From an uncultured Acetatifactor sp. (GTDB lineage: Bacteria; Bacillota; Clostridia; Lachnospirales; Lachnospiraceae), in the NCBI GenBank assembly GCA_910587555.1, contig CAJULV010000002.1, positions 62,008 through 126,007 on the forward strand: a stretch of 64,000 bases of DNA, in the 5' to 3' direction. Below, one piece after another: positions 39,221 to 48,510 of this stretch (position 1 is its first letter; each line of letters starts with the position of its first letter). Both the position numbers and the translations under genes were made by a program. The notes under the pieces were generated by a model. The model was given only the letters and a program-made list of their open reading frames with translations. It searched no databases and was not told the origin of the DNA.

Positions 39221-40333
39221 TTATATCTGTTCGTTCTGCCTGTGGATCAGGGGGTCTTCATAAGCGTCCATAAAATCCTCACCCAGCCGCACCACTTCGT
39301 CCGCAAACCGGATCGCCTTAATCTCCGTCAGCACCGCAACCACCTTTTTAAAGCGCAGCCCCGGGAAAAAATTCAGCATTTCCATGGGTACCGTGGCATC
39401 GAACTGGGGATACTCGGAAAAAAGCTTCCGGTAATCCAGATTGTCCCTGGGATGGGGCTTCAGAAAAATCGTCCCTTCCTGCTTGTACCTGTCGATGATA
39501 TCCCGGAAAATCCGTTCCCTCACATCCAGCGTACAGAGCGGGTCTGTAAGAATCAGAATCTTATCTCCCACCCTTCCGCTCTCCTCAATCTGCCTCTCCA
39601 GCCCTTCCTTATCCCGGATGAAAGCCTGCAGAATCCGTTCCTTGTCCACCTCGGTCAATCCGTCCACCAGCTCCTGTCTGGACTGCTCTATATACCGGGG
39701 ACAGGGATAGCGGATTGCGGAAATATCATTGACTTCCATGTCAAGGCAGTACTTTCCGTATCCATTCTGCACAAATAATAGATTCAGATACATTGACAGG
39801 AACATTTTCAGTTTAAAATGCCCCCTGTTGTCATATCTGGCGGCGTCAAAATTTTTCAGGCAGTTCAGCCCGTCCTCCAGGGCATGATAGTAAATCCTGT
39901 TCTGGTTCAGATAATAGCCGATGGGGTCGGAATCACAGTACACATAGACATCCCTGTAATCCGCAAAATTCACCGGCACATAGGGCGCCTCCAGCTGCGC
40001 GTACCGCCTGGTAAAACGGATACGGCAGTACAGATTGCCCAGAAAGCCTCTCCCGCCTTCCCTCCACCGGGCAAGCTCCGGGAAAAAATCCTCCCGCTTC
40101 TCGTCAAATTCCATAACTTCACGGAAAAGCCCTATGCGCTCCACCCGGCCCTTCAGATCCTCAAAATGATTGGACAGACTGGACAAAACCAAATCCGCCT
40201 TCCCGATATCCTCCGCAGAGCCTCCCGCCTCCCGAAGCAGCTTCAGCTCCTTCAGGAACGTGACATATACATGATAATAGGTATGGCACACATAGATTCT
40301 CGGTAACTTAGCCCGGCGGTTTCTCTTCCTCAT
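39221..40333 (-). CDS. Sialyltransferase-like glycosyltransferase (candidate pseudaminyltransferase)
   Basis: HTYYH, LEDG, KPHPRD, PME motifs typical of nonulosonic-acid transferases. Confidence 0.75.
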   Translation of the reverse strand: MRKRNRRAKLPRIYVCHTYYHVYVTFLKELKLLREAGGSAEDIGKADLVLSSLSNHFEDLKGRVERIGLFREVMEFDEKREDFFPELARWREGGRGFLGNLYCRIRFTRRYAQLEAPYVPVNFADYRDVYVYCDSDPIGYYLNQNRIYYHALEDGLNCLKNFDAARYDNRGHFKLKMFLSMYLNLLFVQNGYGKYCLDMEVNDISAIRYPCPRYIEQSRQELVDGLTEVDKERILQAFIRDKEGLERQIEESGRVGDKILILTDPLCTLDVRERIFRDIIDRYKQEGTIFLKPHPRDNLDYRKLFSEYPQFDATVPMEMLNFFPGLRFKKVVAVLTEIKAIRFADEVVRLGEDFMDAYEDPLIHRQNEQI

Positions 40334-40399
40334 ACAGTCTTACACTTTCCGGCAGCCTCCTGCCTGTATCGCGAACGCTCCCTTTTTCATATAGACCTT

Positions 40400-40428
40400 A
40401 TTCTAACACAATAACCTGATTTTGTAAA
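40400..40428 (-). promoter_or_regulatory. sigmaA promoter for the pse operon
   Basis: TTTACA N17 TAGAAT with extended TG. Confidence 0.7.
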
Positions 40429-40827
40429 ATACTTACATCCCGATTCAGCACTTTCTCTCCATCGCAATTCTCGCAAAATTGCATAGAAATGTGTCCGCGG
40501 ACACATTGCAATTATTGACTTCGCGGAAGAGGCTGTCTGAACTGTTACATCTCTTCCTTACATTCTTCCGGCAACGATTTCAAAAAAGCTGCCATATTCA
40601 GAAAACACTGTTTTCCGAACTGACAGCTTTATCCCGTTCTTTTATTCCTTCCCCTGTACCTGTTGAACCCGCCGGTGTATTTCCCCGTCTCCATACCATC
40701 GTGTCAGCACCAGCCTGTCTTCCGACAGGATATCCGCCCTGCCGTTTGTACCCCAGAGCCTGATTTTTCCCAGATTCTCTTGGCCGTGCAGCCTTGTACG
40801 GCAGCGGATATATGGATTCCATATTCC

Positions 40828-42333
40828 CTATTGCACCACTCTGACCGTATCCCCATCCTTCAGAGCCTTGTCCGTGGCGGATATAATCCGGGTATCCCCT
40901 GTAATCTCCGCGCTCTGGACCGCAGCCGCAGTATCGTTTTCGTCCAGTATCCGGACGCCCACCCTGCGCACCTTCCATTCGGTCCCCAGGATACCTTCCC
41001 TCTCTTCGACCACATAGACATAATAGTTGTTCTCCCCCTCCCTGTAAACGCATTCCTGGGAAATGCAGGTGCTGTAGGATTCCGTCTGCATCCTGTAAGT
41101 AAGCTCCGCTGCCTGCCCAAGAGCCATTTCCTGCAGTTCAAAGGACAGCCTTGCCTGAACCGTGCCGTCCTGCCCTTTTTCCAGATATTCCACCAGGGCC
41201 TCCCCTGTCTCCCGGCTGCCGTCAGGCATTGTTGCCTTCATCTCAAACCGGGTACCCACGGCAATATGCCTGCTCTGGGATTCGCTGAATGTCGCACTGA
41301 GAATTCGCTCCCCGTCATCCATGGCATAGACAATGCAGGCCCCGTCCTGGGTCCTCTCCCCTACCTCCAGGCTGCACCGGGTCACTCGCCCGGGATTTTC
41401 CGCATATACCCAGCCGTCCGCTTCCAGCAGCGCTTCCAGCTTCTGTAATCCCTCTTTCTGATAAGTGATATCTAACGCCAGCGCATTTATCTCCGTCTCG
41501 GCGGCATCCAGGGCCGCATTGGCATCTTCCATCAGCCTGGCAGCATCCCGCAGGCTGTCCTCCTTCTGACGCATGGCTTCCTCGAGCGCCTGGGCGGCTT
41601 TCACCACATCCTGCTCCAGCTGCAGCCGCTTTTCCTGCCGGGTGTAATTCTGCTCCGGACCCATACCGCCGCTGCTCAGCTCGTGCAGCCTGCCATCCAA
41701 GGTTGCTTCGCTTCCGCCGATTTCCGCGGCAGCCTCCTGCGCATTGCCGCTCACATCCCCGGTTCCGCCCGGCGGGTCATCTCCGTCCGTCTCCTGCCCG
41801 GACTCGGCCAGATACCCGTCATACAGGGCAAGCGCCTTCTGTGCCGCATCATATGCCTGTTGGCACACCAGGATTTGCTCATCCGCCAGGAGTGCTTTCC
41901 TGTCGTAGTCCTCCCTGGCCCTGGCCGCCTCCCTCTTCCGGGCCTGTCTGGAACTGTCGGCATCCTTCACTGCTGCTGCCATCTGCACCTCCAGTTTGGC
42001 AGTCTCCAGACGGCGCTGCCTAATCATTTCTGCCAAATCCCCTGTCTCAATCCGGAACAGCTCCTGCCCTGCCAAGAAGGCATCCCCGTTGCCCACAGCC
42101 ACAGTGTCCACACGCAGGCCGCTTTCCACATAGACACCGTATTCCTGCCCCTGCATGACCGTGCCGTTCACCGTAATCACATGGGCCAGGCTGCCGCTGT
42201 ATGGCTTCGCCGTGGACACCCGGGGCAGCCCGGAAGCATATATCCCCTTCGCCGCCACGGTACAGACTGCCATAAATACCAGGAATGCGGCAAAACTTAT
42301 CAGTGCTATCTTCTTTCCCTTTGTCAGCTTCAT
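40828..42333 (-). CDS. Membrane-fusion/adaptor (HlyD-like) protein
   Basis: N-terminal TM, split lipoyl-like motifs around a long coiled coil, C-terminal LKDGDTVRV. Confidence 0.8.
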   Translation of the reverse strand: MKLTKGKKIALISFAAFLVFMAVCTVAAKGIYASGLPRVSTAKPYSGSLAHVITVNGTVMQGQEYGVYVESGLRVDTVAVGNGDAFLAGQELFRIETGDLAEMIRQRRLETAKLEVQMAAAVKDADSSRQARKREAARAREDYDRKALLADEQILVCQQAYDAAQKALALYDGYLAESGQETDGDDPPGGTGDVSGNAQEAAAEIGGSEATLDGRLHELSSGGMGPEQNYTRQEKRLQLEQDVVKAAQALEEAMRQKEDSLRDAARLMEDANAALDAAETEINALALDITYQKEGLQKLEALLEADGWVYAENPGRVTRCSLEVGERTQDGACIVYAMDDGERILSATFSESQSRHIAVGTRFEMKATMPDGSRETGEALVEYLEKGQDGTVQARLSFELQEMALGQAAELTYRMQTESYSTCISQECVYREGENNYYVYVVEEREGILGTEWKVRRVGVRILDENDTAAAVQSAEITGDTRIISATDKALKDGDTVRVVQ

Positions 42334-42374
42334 CCGTCAATCCTCCATCCAACGTATAATCCTGGGACAGCCCC

Positions 42375-43250
42375 CTACCCCTTCAAAGCCGAGGAAATTA
42401 TCCCCTGCTCCAGGGAATCCCGAAACAGCCCGAACACCAGCAGGGACACCGTCAAGGTCAGCACGGAAGCCGCGCAGGCCCTCCCTGCCTGGTCCGCGCC
42501 TATCTCCGGCAGATACAGGGACAGCGGCCACAACGACATATCCTTCAGGAAAGCCAGTGGCTCTTCCATCAAATTCCACACCTCAAAAAAACCTAAGACA
42601 AACGCCGCCATAATGCTCCCCTCCGCCAGCGGCAGGCCTATCCTGCTGAAAATAATCCACTCGCCCGCCCCGTCTATCCTGGCCACCTCATACAGCTCCT
42701 TCGGCAGGCTCCGGAACCCTCTGTACACCAGGAACACCGGGAAGGTTGAAAACACCGCCGGCAGGATAACCGCGGCATGGGTATTCAGCAGCCCCAGCCC
42801 GTTCAGCACCAGGTACCTGGCCAGCATGGTCACTTGGAACGGAAGCAGCATCAGAATCACATATACGGAAAACAGAATATTTCTCCCCCTGAAATCATAC
42901 ACAGCAAAGCACCATGCACCGGGGACTCCCACCAGAAGCTGCCCCGCCAGGATGCAGGCTGCTATCTTCACGGAATTCCAGAACAATGCCAGGAACTCCG
43001 GCGTCAGGAATAGCAGCTCCTTAAAATTCTCCAGCGTCGGGTAATCCGGTATCCACTTCCAACTGATATAGTCCATGGTATCCAGCAACAGCGGCTGCAT
43101 CCGCCCTGTCCACTCGATGCCGTCCGCCAGGGAGCCGAAAAACAGGAGCAGCACCGGCAGGCAGATAAGTATCCCCAGGCCCAGTACCACTGCCAGCTGC
43201 AGCAGCTTTAGCAATTTACGGCACAGTTTTCCCATATTTCCCTCATACAT
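42375..43250 (-). CDS. Carbohydrate-type ABC permease (MalG-like)
   Basis: LPKELYEVARIDGA EAA loop, WNSVK, WN. Confidence 0.9.
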   Translation of the reverse strand: MYEGNMGKLCRKLLKLLQLAVVLGLGILICLPVLLLFFGSLADGIEWTGRMQPLLLDTMDYISWKWIPDYPTLENFKELLFLTPEFLALFWNSVKIAACILAGQLLVGVPGAWCFAVYDFRGRNILFSVYVILMLLPFQVTMLARYLVLNGLGLLNTHAAVILPAVFSTFPVFLVYRGFRSLPKELYEVARIDGAGEWIIFSRIGLPLAEGSIMAAFVLGFFEVWNLMEEPLAFLKDMSLWPLSLYLPEIGADQAGRACAASVLTLTVSLLVFGLFRDSLEQGIISSALKG

Positions 43251-43262
43251 AAATAAACTCCT

Positions 43263-44168
43263 TCAATCTTCCCTGTTCCACAGCCTCTGCAGCAACAGGC
43301 TGATGCCGCCCAGCACCAACACGGACAGCACCGCCCCTGCCGCCATCTTGTCAAAATCCAGGTTGGTGTACCAGTTGTTGAAGATATGCTGCAGCAGGTA
43401 GATATCCTCCTGGGGATAGGCGCCGCCCACCAGATATACCTCCCGGAAGACCTTAAAAGAATTCAGCAGAGATACTACCAGAATCGTATACATACTTCCT
43501 TTCAGATTCGGCAGTGTCACTCTCAGAAAGCAGGTCACGCCTCCCGCGCCGTCCACCCTGGCCGCATCCAGGATATGCCCCGGTATGGAGCGCAGCCCCG
43601 CCAGCCACAGCACCAGCGTATAACCCAGGTTTTTCCACAGATAGCTACCCACCAGTATGTAAAAGGCGCTGCCCTCCCCCAGGAAATCGGTATGCATCCC
43701 CAGGAGGCGGTTCAGGAAACCCTGCCGCTCAAACAGCATCTGCCAGACCAGCACCATAGTAGCTGCCGGAACCGCCATGGGGAGGAGATAGAGATATTTG
43801 TACTTGTCCCACCTGGCCGTGCTGTTTAACACCAACGCAAGCCCCAGGCCTGCCAGAAGTAGCAGCGGCACGCCCAAAGCGATAAAGCGGGCTGTGTTGC
43901 CTGCCGCCAGGCGGAATGCGCTGTTCTGGAAGATGGACAGATAATTTTTCAGCCCCACGAACTGCTTCGTCAGGGAAGTCCGGAAGGAGGACAGGAATAC
44001 GTTCCCGAAAGGAACCAGGAGGAAGACGGAAACCCCCGCAAGCCCGGGCAGCAGAAAACAGGCCGCCGCCCGCTTCTGCTTCTTTGTGCTGCGGCTGGCA
44101 TGCGCCCTTTTTCCGTTTGTCTTTTTTTCCTTTTTCATGGTCTGCTTTCGATTCACTTTCCTGTTCAT
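43263..44168 (-). CDS. Carbohydrate-type ABC permease (MalF-like)
   Basis: FVGLKNY, WKNLGY, DAARVDGA, SFKVF. Confidence 0.9.
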   Translation of the reverse strand: MNRKVNRKQTMKKEKKTNGKRAHASRSTKKQKRAAACFLLPGLAGVSVFLLVPFGNVFLSSFRTSLTKQFVGLKNYLSIFQNSAFRLAAGNTARFIALGVPLLLLAGLGLALVLNSTARWDKYKYLYLLPMAVPAATMVLVWQMLFERQGFLNRLLGMHTDFLGEGSAFYILVGSYLWKNLGYTLVLWLAGLRSIPGHILDAARVDGAGGVTCFLRVTLPNLKGSMYTILVVSLLNSFKVFREVYLVGGAYPQEDIYLLQHIFNNWYTNLDFDKMAAGAVLSVLVLGGISLLLQRLWNRED

Positions 44169-44264
44169 GCCCCTTAGTTTGTACTATTATTGTAAGCCTT
44201 AGATAATTGGTTTTCCTCTTTCCACAGAAATGTAACCACTGGCCTGAATCATGCAGCAACCAGC

Positions 44265-45707
44265 TTAGAACCCCAATTCCCGGTTATCGTTGTCAGTGTC
44301 AAATAATGCCATGATCCTGCGGAAAATCTCTTCTGCCATCCAGTCACCGGCACTTTCCCGGACAGGTATACGACTCACCTTCTCATCTCCCGGCATATCT
44401 TCCCACATCCAAAAGCATACATCCTCCACATCGTGGATTACCTCCCTGGACGCAATTCCGCACAAAATAATATCACATCCAAAGCGCTTATACACATTAT
44501 AGAGAATTGTCTCCCTGTTCTGTACTATGTCAATATACTCAAGCCCATACAGATATGCCCGCCGGAACTGCCCAACAGCTTTTGCATTATACCCCTCTTC
44601 CAGGAATCTTCCTTTCAGCGCCTGCAGCATGCCGATCAGCAGCCTGCGCTCCCCATAGAAATATACCACCGGAATTTCCAGTTCCCCCGGACTGGTATAT
44701 TTCCTGTATTTCTCAATGTAATATCCCTCCTGCCAGATACGGCTGCCCAAACCGCCGAGATTTCCTTTCCCGATTCCGGCTTCCTCCCAACAGCAAAAGA
44801 TTCCCTTAATATATTCCTGCCGTACTGCCGTCTCCGCCAATATACTCCTCATAAGTGAGGCACTCTTCTCCAAAACAACGAGATATATGCCCTCCCCCGT
44901 CTTTCCTGGACCCGCAGCCAGCTCTGCTGTCACAGCCTTAAAATAAAACAGTTCCGGCCACTCATCCTCATTACTGCCTACCAGCACTGCGCTGTCCAGA
45001 AAATCCGGGAAAAAGCAAAAAGGCTTCTCCCTTTCCTGCCCCAGCATTTCCCACAGACAGGCTATATCACCTGAAAAATCACCTGGCAGGCTATTATAAA
45101 GCAACGCGGTCACATAAGGCGCGGCATAACTATTGGAGGAAGGCGTATGATAGCGGCCTCTCCCCCGCAACATCAACTCATGTACACTACAGGCCTCTGC
45201 AAAAATCTCAAACCCATCCCCATTGACCCCATATCTGCCTTCTGTAAAGAATTTACGCCTTACCCCCACTACACATTCCAGTGAAGCCGGAACCGTATAG
45301 CGAAAATGATTGTTGTACGCTGCCACCAGGACAAAACCTTTCCTGTAAAGTTCCGACAGGACAGGCCTTATTTCATCAAAGTCCTTACTCTGTATTGTAC
45401 CGATACTCAGGCTGACCAGCATGGGTTTCTGCTCCAGGCACCACTTTAACGCTGCCTCCAGTTGCCCTCTGGTTCCCTGATGAAGCCTGGAATCCAATAC
45501 CTTTATACTGCCAAGCGATGCATCCGGCGCATAATGGGCAATAATGGCTGCACATACGGTGCCGTGGCTGAGATGCCTTTCGCACATATCAGACCGCTCT
45601 GTGATTCTCAGGTCAGGTCCGACTTCCAGATTATACCGCAGCACTGACGTCCCTATATAACGCTCGTCCACCCCGTCATCAATGATAACAATATCATGAT
45701 AGCCCAT
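44265..45707 (-). CDS. S8 (subtilisin-like) peptidase without signal peptide, candidate leader peptidase
   Basis: IIDDG, HGT, NSYAAP catalytic triad. Confidence 0.85.
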   Translation of the reverse strand: MGYHDIVIIDDGVDERYIGTSVLRYNLEVGPDLRITERSDMCERHLSHGTVCAAIIAHYAPDASLGSIKVLDSRLHQGTRGQLEAALKWCLEQKPMLVSLSIGTIQSKDFDEIRPVLSELYRKGFVLVAAYNNHFRYTVPASLECVVGVRRKFFTEGRYGVNGDGFEIFAEACSVHELMLRGRGRYHTPSSNSYAAPYVTALLYNSLPGDFSGDIACLWEMLGQEREKPFCFFPDFLDSAVLVGSNEDEWPELFYFKAVTAELAAGPGKTGEGIYLVVLEKSASLMRSILAETAVRQEYIKGIFCCWEEAGIGKGNLGGLGSRIWQEGYYIEKYRKYTSPGELEIPVVYFYGERRLLIGMLQALKGRFLEEGYNAKAVGQFRRAYLYGLEYIDIVQNRETILYNVYKRFGCDIILCGIASREVIHDVEDVCFWMWEDMPGDEKVSRIPVRESAGDWMAEEIFRRIMALFDTDNDNRELGF

Positions 45708-45802
45708 CCCGTTATCGTTCCTTCCAGTCTCCCATTCTTCCTGCAGCGCCCTTAATACATATACTCACAAGCGAAACCATTTGCCGCACCAGTCGTAAAA
45801 TA

Positions 45803-47215
45803 CTAAATCAAATCATACCTGATTTTGCCTGATTCCGTCCTCGGCAGACATTCCAGGTATTTGACTGTCACGCAGGCCAAGGGAACTTTAATCCTGTCCG
45901 CAATAAACAACTGCATTGCCTTCCTGTTCCCCTCTTCCTTCTCATCTGTGGCAACCGCCAGCGCATCATCCCTGCCACCGCAGCAGCAATCCGCCCCCGG
46001 GAACTGCTCCCTTATCAGTGTCTCTGCTTCATCCAGGCTGACACGCTTTCCGAACATTTTTATGATCCGCTTTTTCCTGCCTGTAATATAGTAGAACCCA
46101 TCCTCGTCACGCATCCCCAAATCCCCGGTACACAGCCTGCCCTGCCGCTCATCCCCCTTTTCCAGGTCCTTCCATCCTTCGGCATATCCCATTGAAACAT
46201 TCGCCCCATAATAAACCAGTTCCCCTTCTGTCCGCGGCTCCCTTATCTCCTTCCCGCTTTCATCCTCCAGCACCAGCCTTCCTCCCGGAATCGCCTGGCC
46301 AATGCTGCCGCACTTCCGTACCGCCCATTGATAAGGAAGCCAGGCAATCCTGGCTGTCGCTTCGGTCTGTCCGTACATGGCATAAAATCTGATGCCGTTT
46401 TGCTCCGCATACCTGGCAGCCTTTTTATGCAGCTGCCCTGGCAGCTTCCCTCCCGCCTGGGTCATCATCCTCAGGCCAGGGAATTTCCTGTTAAAAAATC
46501 CACATTTATTCAGCATCTCATACATATATGGAGTTCCGCTGATTGAAGTAGCTCCGTTTCGCTCAAAATAATCCCAGAACTCCTTTTGAAAAATGCTTTT
46601 ATCAGGCAGCAGCAAAGTTGCACCGACCAGGAAATGGCTGTTTATAATGGACAGGCCGTAAGCATAATACATCGGCAGGATCAGCACTGGCCTTTCCTCC
46701 CGGTTTAATTCCAGATATTCTGCTATGGATTCCGCGTTTGCTCTTACATTCTGATAGCTGAGCCTGACGAATTTCCGGCTTCCTGTTGAACCGGATGTAG
46801 TCAGGAGCAGTGCCAGACTGTCGTGCATTCTGTAAGGAACCCTGCAGCCTGTCTCCAATAACACATATGTCCCAATACGGGTAACCACCCTGAAATCCGG
46901 ATACTCCTGTCTCCGTGACGCAAGAATATACAGGTAACGCGGCCTGTACAGTGACATAAATGCCTCAATCTGTTCCCTTCCTGTTTCTTCTCCGGCAAGC
47001 AATTGCACCTGCCCGCAATTGAAAAAGGCTGCATATCCGGAAATAGCATCTATTGTGTTGGTACAGATATGTAGGATCAGATTTCTATCTCTCAATAATC
47101 CTTTCATCCGGCCGCAAATTTCCGACAGCTGTCCATAGGATAAAACCGCTTTCTTTGACTGTATGGCAGTCCTTCCATACAGCCCTCCCTCCTCCTTCCG
47201 CCTTCTGATTTCCAT
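45803..47215 (-). CDS. AMP-binding (acyl-CoA/acyl-ACP ligase) enzyme
   Basis: TTSGSTG, YGQTEA, TGDLG, GRKKRIIK, LPRTESGKI. Confidence 0.9.
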   Translation of the reverse strand: MEIRRRKEEGGLYGRTAIQSKKAVLSYGQLSEICGRMKGLLRDRNLILHICTNTIDAISGYAAFFNCGQVQLLAGEETGREQIEAFMSLYRPRYLYILASRRQEYPDFRVVTRIGTYVLLETGCRVPYRMHDSLALLLTTSGSTGSRKFVRLSYQNVRANAESIAEYLELNREERPVLILPMYYAYGLSIINSHFLVGATLLLPDKSIFQKEFWDYFERNGATSISGTPYMYEMLNKCGFFNRKFPGLRMMTQAGGKLPGQLHKKAARYAEQNGIRFYAMYGQTEATARIAWLPYQWAVRKCGSIGQAIPGGRLVLEDESGKEIREPRTEGELVYYGANVSMGYAEGWKDLEKGDERQGRLCTGDLGMRDEDGFYYITGRKKRIIKMFGKRVSLDEAETLIREQFPGADCCCGGRDDALAVATDEKEEGNRKAMQLFIADRIKVPLACVTVKYLECLPRTESGKIRYDLI

Positions 47216-47264
47216 TGTCCACCCTCGCCTTCAACCATATATCCCTTCCCTCACCTGGCCAGGC

Positions 47265-48383
47265 CTATTGCCCTGCTTCGGATATCTGCCTGGCCTTATG
47301 GAGAAATCCGTACAATATATCCTCTTCATGCCTGTCAAGCTCACTCAACTCGTTCCGAAGCCGTTCCAACATCTTCTTCACCGACATTTTCTTTTCTATC
47401 AGGCATAAAAACTTGATATATGCCATCCGTATTTCCGCACTTTTTCTTGCCACCTTACTTTGATATTCCTGAATAAAATCCCCCAGTTCCTGCTTTCCCC
47501 CATTTCTTTCCGAATAATAGACTAATCTGTCAGCCATGTCATTGTGGCAGCATTTAAAAACGTTAAAGGCTGCCATCTGGCTGACGATTCTGTCATCCAT
47601 GTTCTCTTCATCCGGCAGTTCCATCAGCATATCAATATACTTCAGAAAAATTTCATTAACCCTTCTCCCTGCACAGCTGACGGAATGCTCCCACGGCTTC
47701 AGATACATCCGATTATCATGCTGAAACTGCTCCGTGACCTCACCCGTCACATATGTTTCCAGCTTGTCCAGGAACATTCCATTGCTATAAGGCGACGGCA
47801 TTCTATGTCCAAACCTTCGCATGGTAATCATCATATACTCTTCCCATCCATCCATGGTTTCAATATGTTTCAATGCGCCGTCAAAGGCCTGTCGAACTTC
47901 TCCGTAAGGCAGTGAAAACACCCGGTATAAATGCTCGAAATAGCCATAACAGGAAAAATTCTCCAGCATGTTATCATATCCATAGAACAGCACCTCATGT
48001 ATAAAATGATGCTTGCCATAATATACTTCTGCACAGGACAGATAATAGAAGTCCAGAAAAAGAACGCAATAATATTTTTTACCGATATTCTCTCTTAACA
48101 CAGAAATAATATCCCTGAACTGGCTGCATACTACTCTGTTTATGTTGCTCAGCCGCATTACTTTATTATATGTATTTCCTCCTGTCCCATATGTAATGGC
48201 ATCTGAAATTTCGCAGCTGAGGATGTTTATTCCATCCAGCCTTGCTACCGGCATCATATAGTTCTGATAGTACCAGTTTCGGGCATCCGGGTTTGCACGT
48301 ACTGCCACTAACGGAAAACACACGAACTGCGGCGCAATATAATCTGATGGAACATTAATCTCTAAACTGTATCTGTCTTCCAT
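47265..48383 (-). CDS. Hypothetical protein with BtrH-N/papain-like motif (candidate ACP-dependent acyltransferase)
   Basis: LDFYYL...HHFIHEVLFYGYD pattern; N-terminal Cys (QFVC). Confidence 0.55.
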   Translation of the reverse strand: MEDRYSLEINVPSDYIAPQFVCFPLVAVRANPDARNWYYQNYMMPVARLDGINILSCEISDAITYGTGGNTYNKVMRLSNINRVVCSQFRDIISVLRENIGKKYYCVLFLDFYYLSCAEVYYGKHHFIHEVLFYGYDNMLENFSCYGYFEHLYRVFSLPYGEVRQAFDGALKHIETMDGWEEYMMITMRRFGHRMPSPYSNGMFLDKLETYVTGEVTEQFQHDNRMYLKPWEHSVSCAGRRVNEIFLKYIDMLMELPDEENMDDRIVSQMAAFNVFKCCHNDMADRLVYYSERNGGKQELGDFIQEYQSKVARKSAEIRMAYIKFLCLIEKKMSVKKMLERLRNELSELDRHEEDILYGFLHKARQISEAGQ

Positions 48384-48510
48384 TCCTTTTTCCTCATTAA
48401 TCCTTAATTATTCATGACACCATAAGCCCGTTTCGGAATCGTTTCATTTCTGCCTGAATTGTTTCCCCATAGGAATTGATGGGGTAAATCCGTCTGAGCC
48501 GCTTGATTTT

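Noticed and set aside
40598..41053. 151-aa minus-strand ORF after the adaptor gene
   Set aside because: Half overlaps the adaptor in another frame and shows no motif I recognise; a decayed gene cannot be excluded.
1916..43044. Many long plus-strand ORFs (e.g. 1916-3517, 8951-10393, 14547-15734, 41683-43044)
   Set aside because: Antisense shadows of well-supported minus-strand genes in GC-rich DNA; no recognisable motifs.
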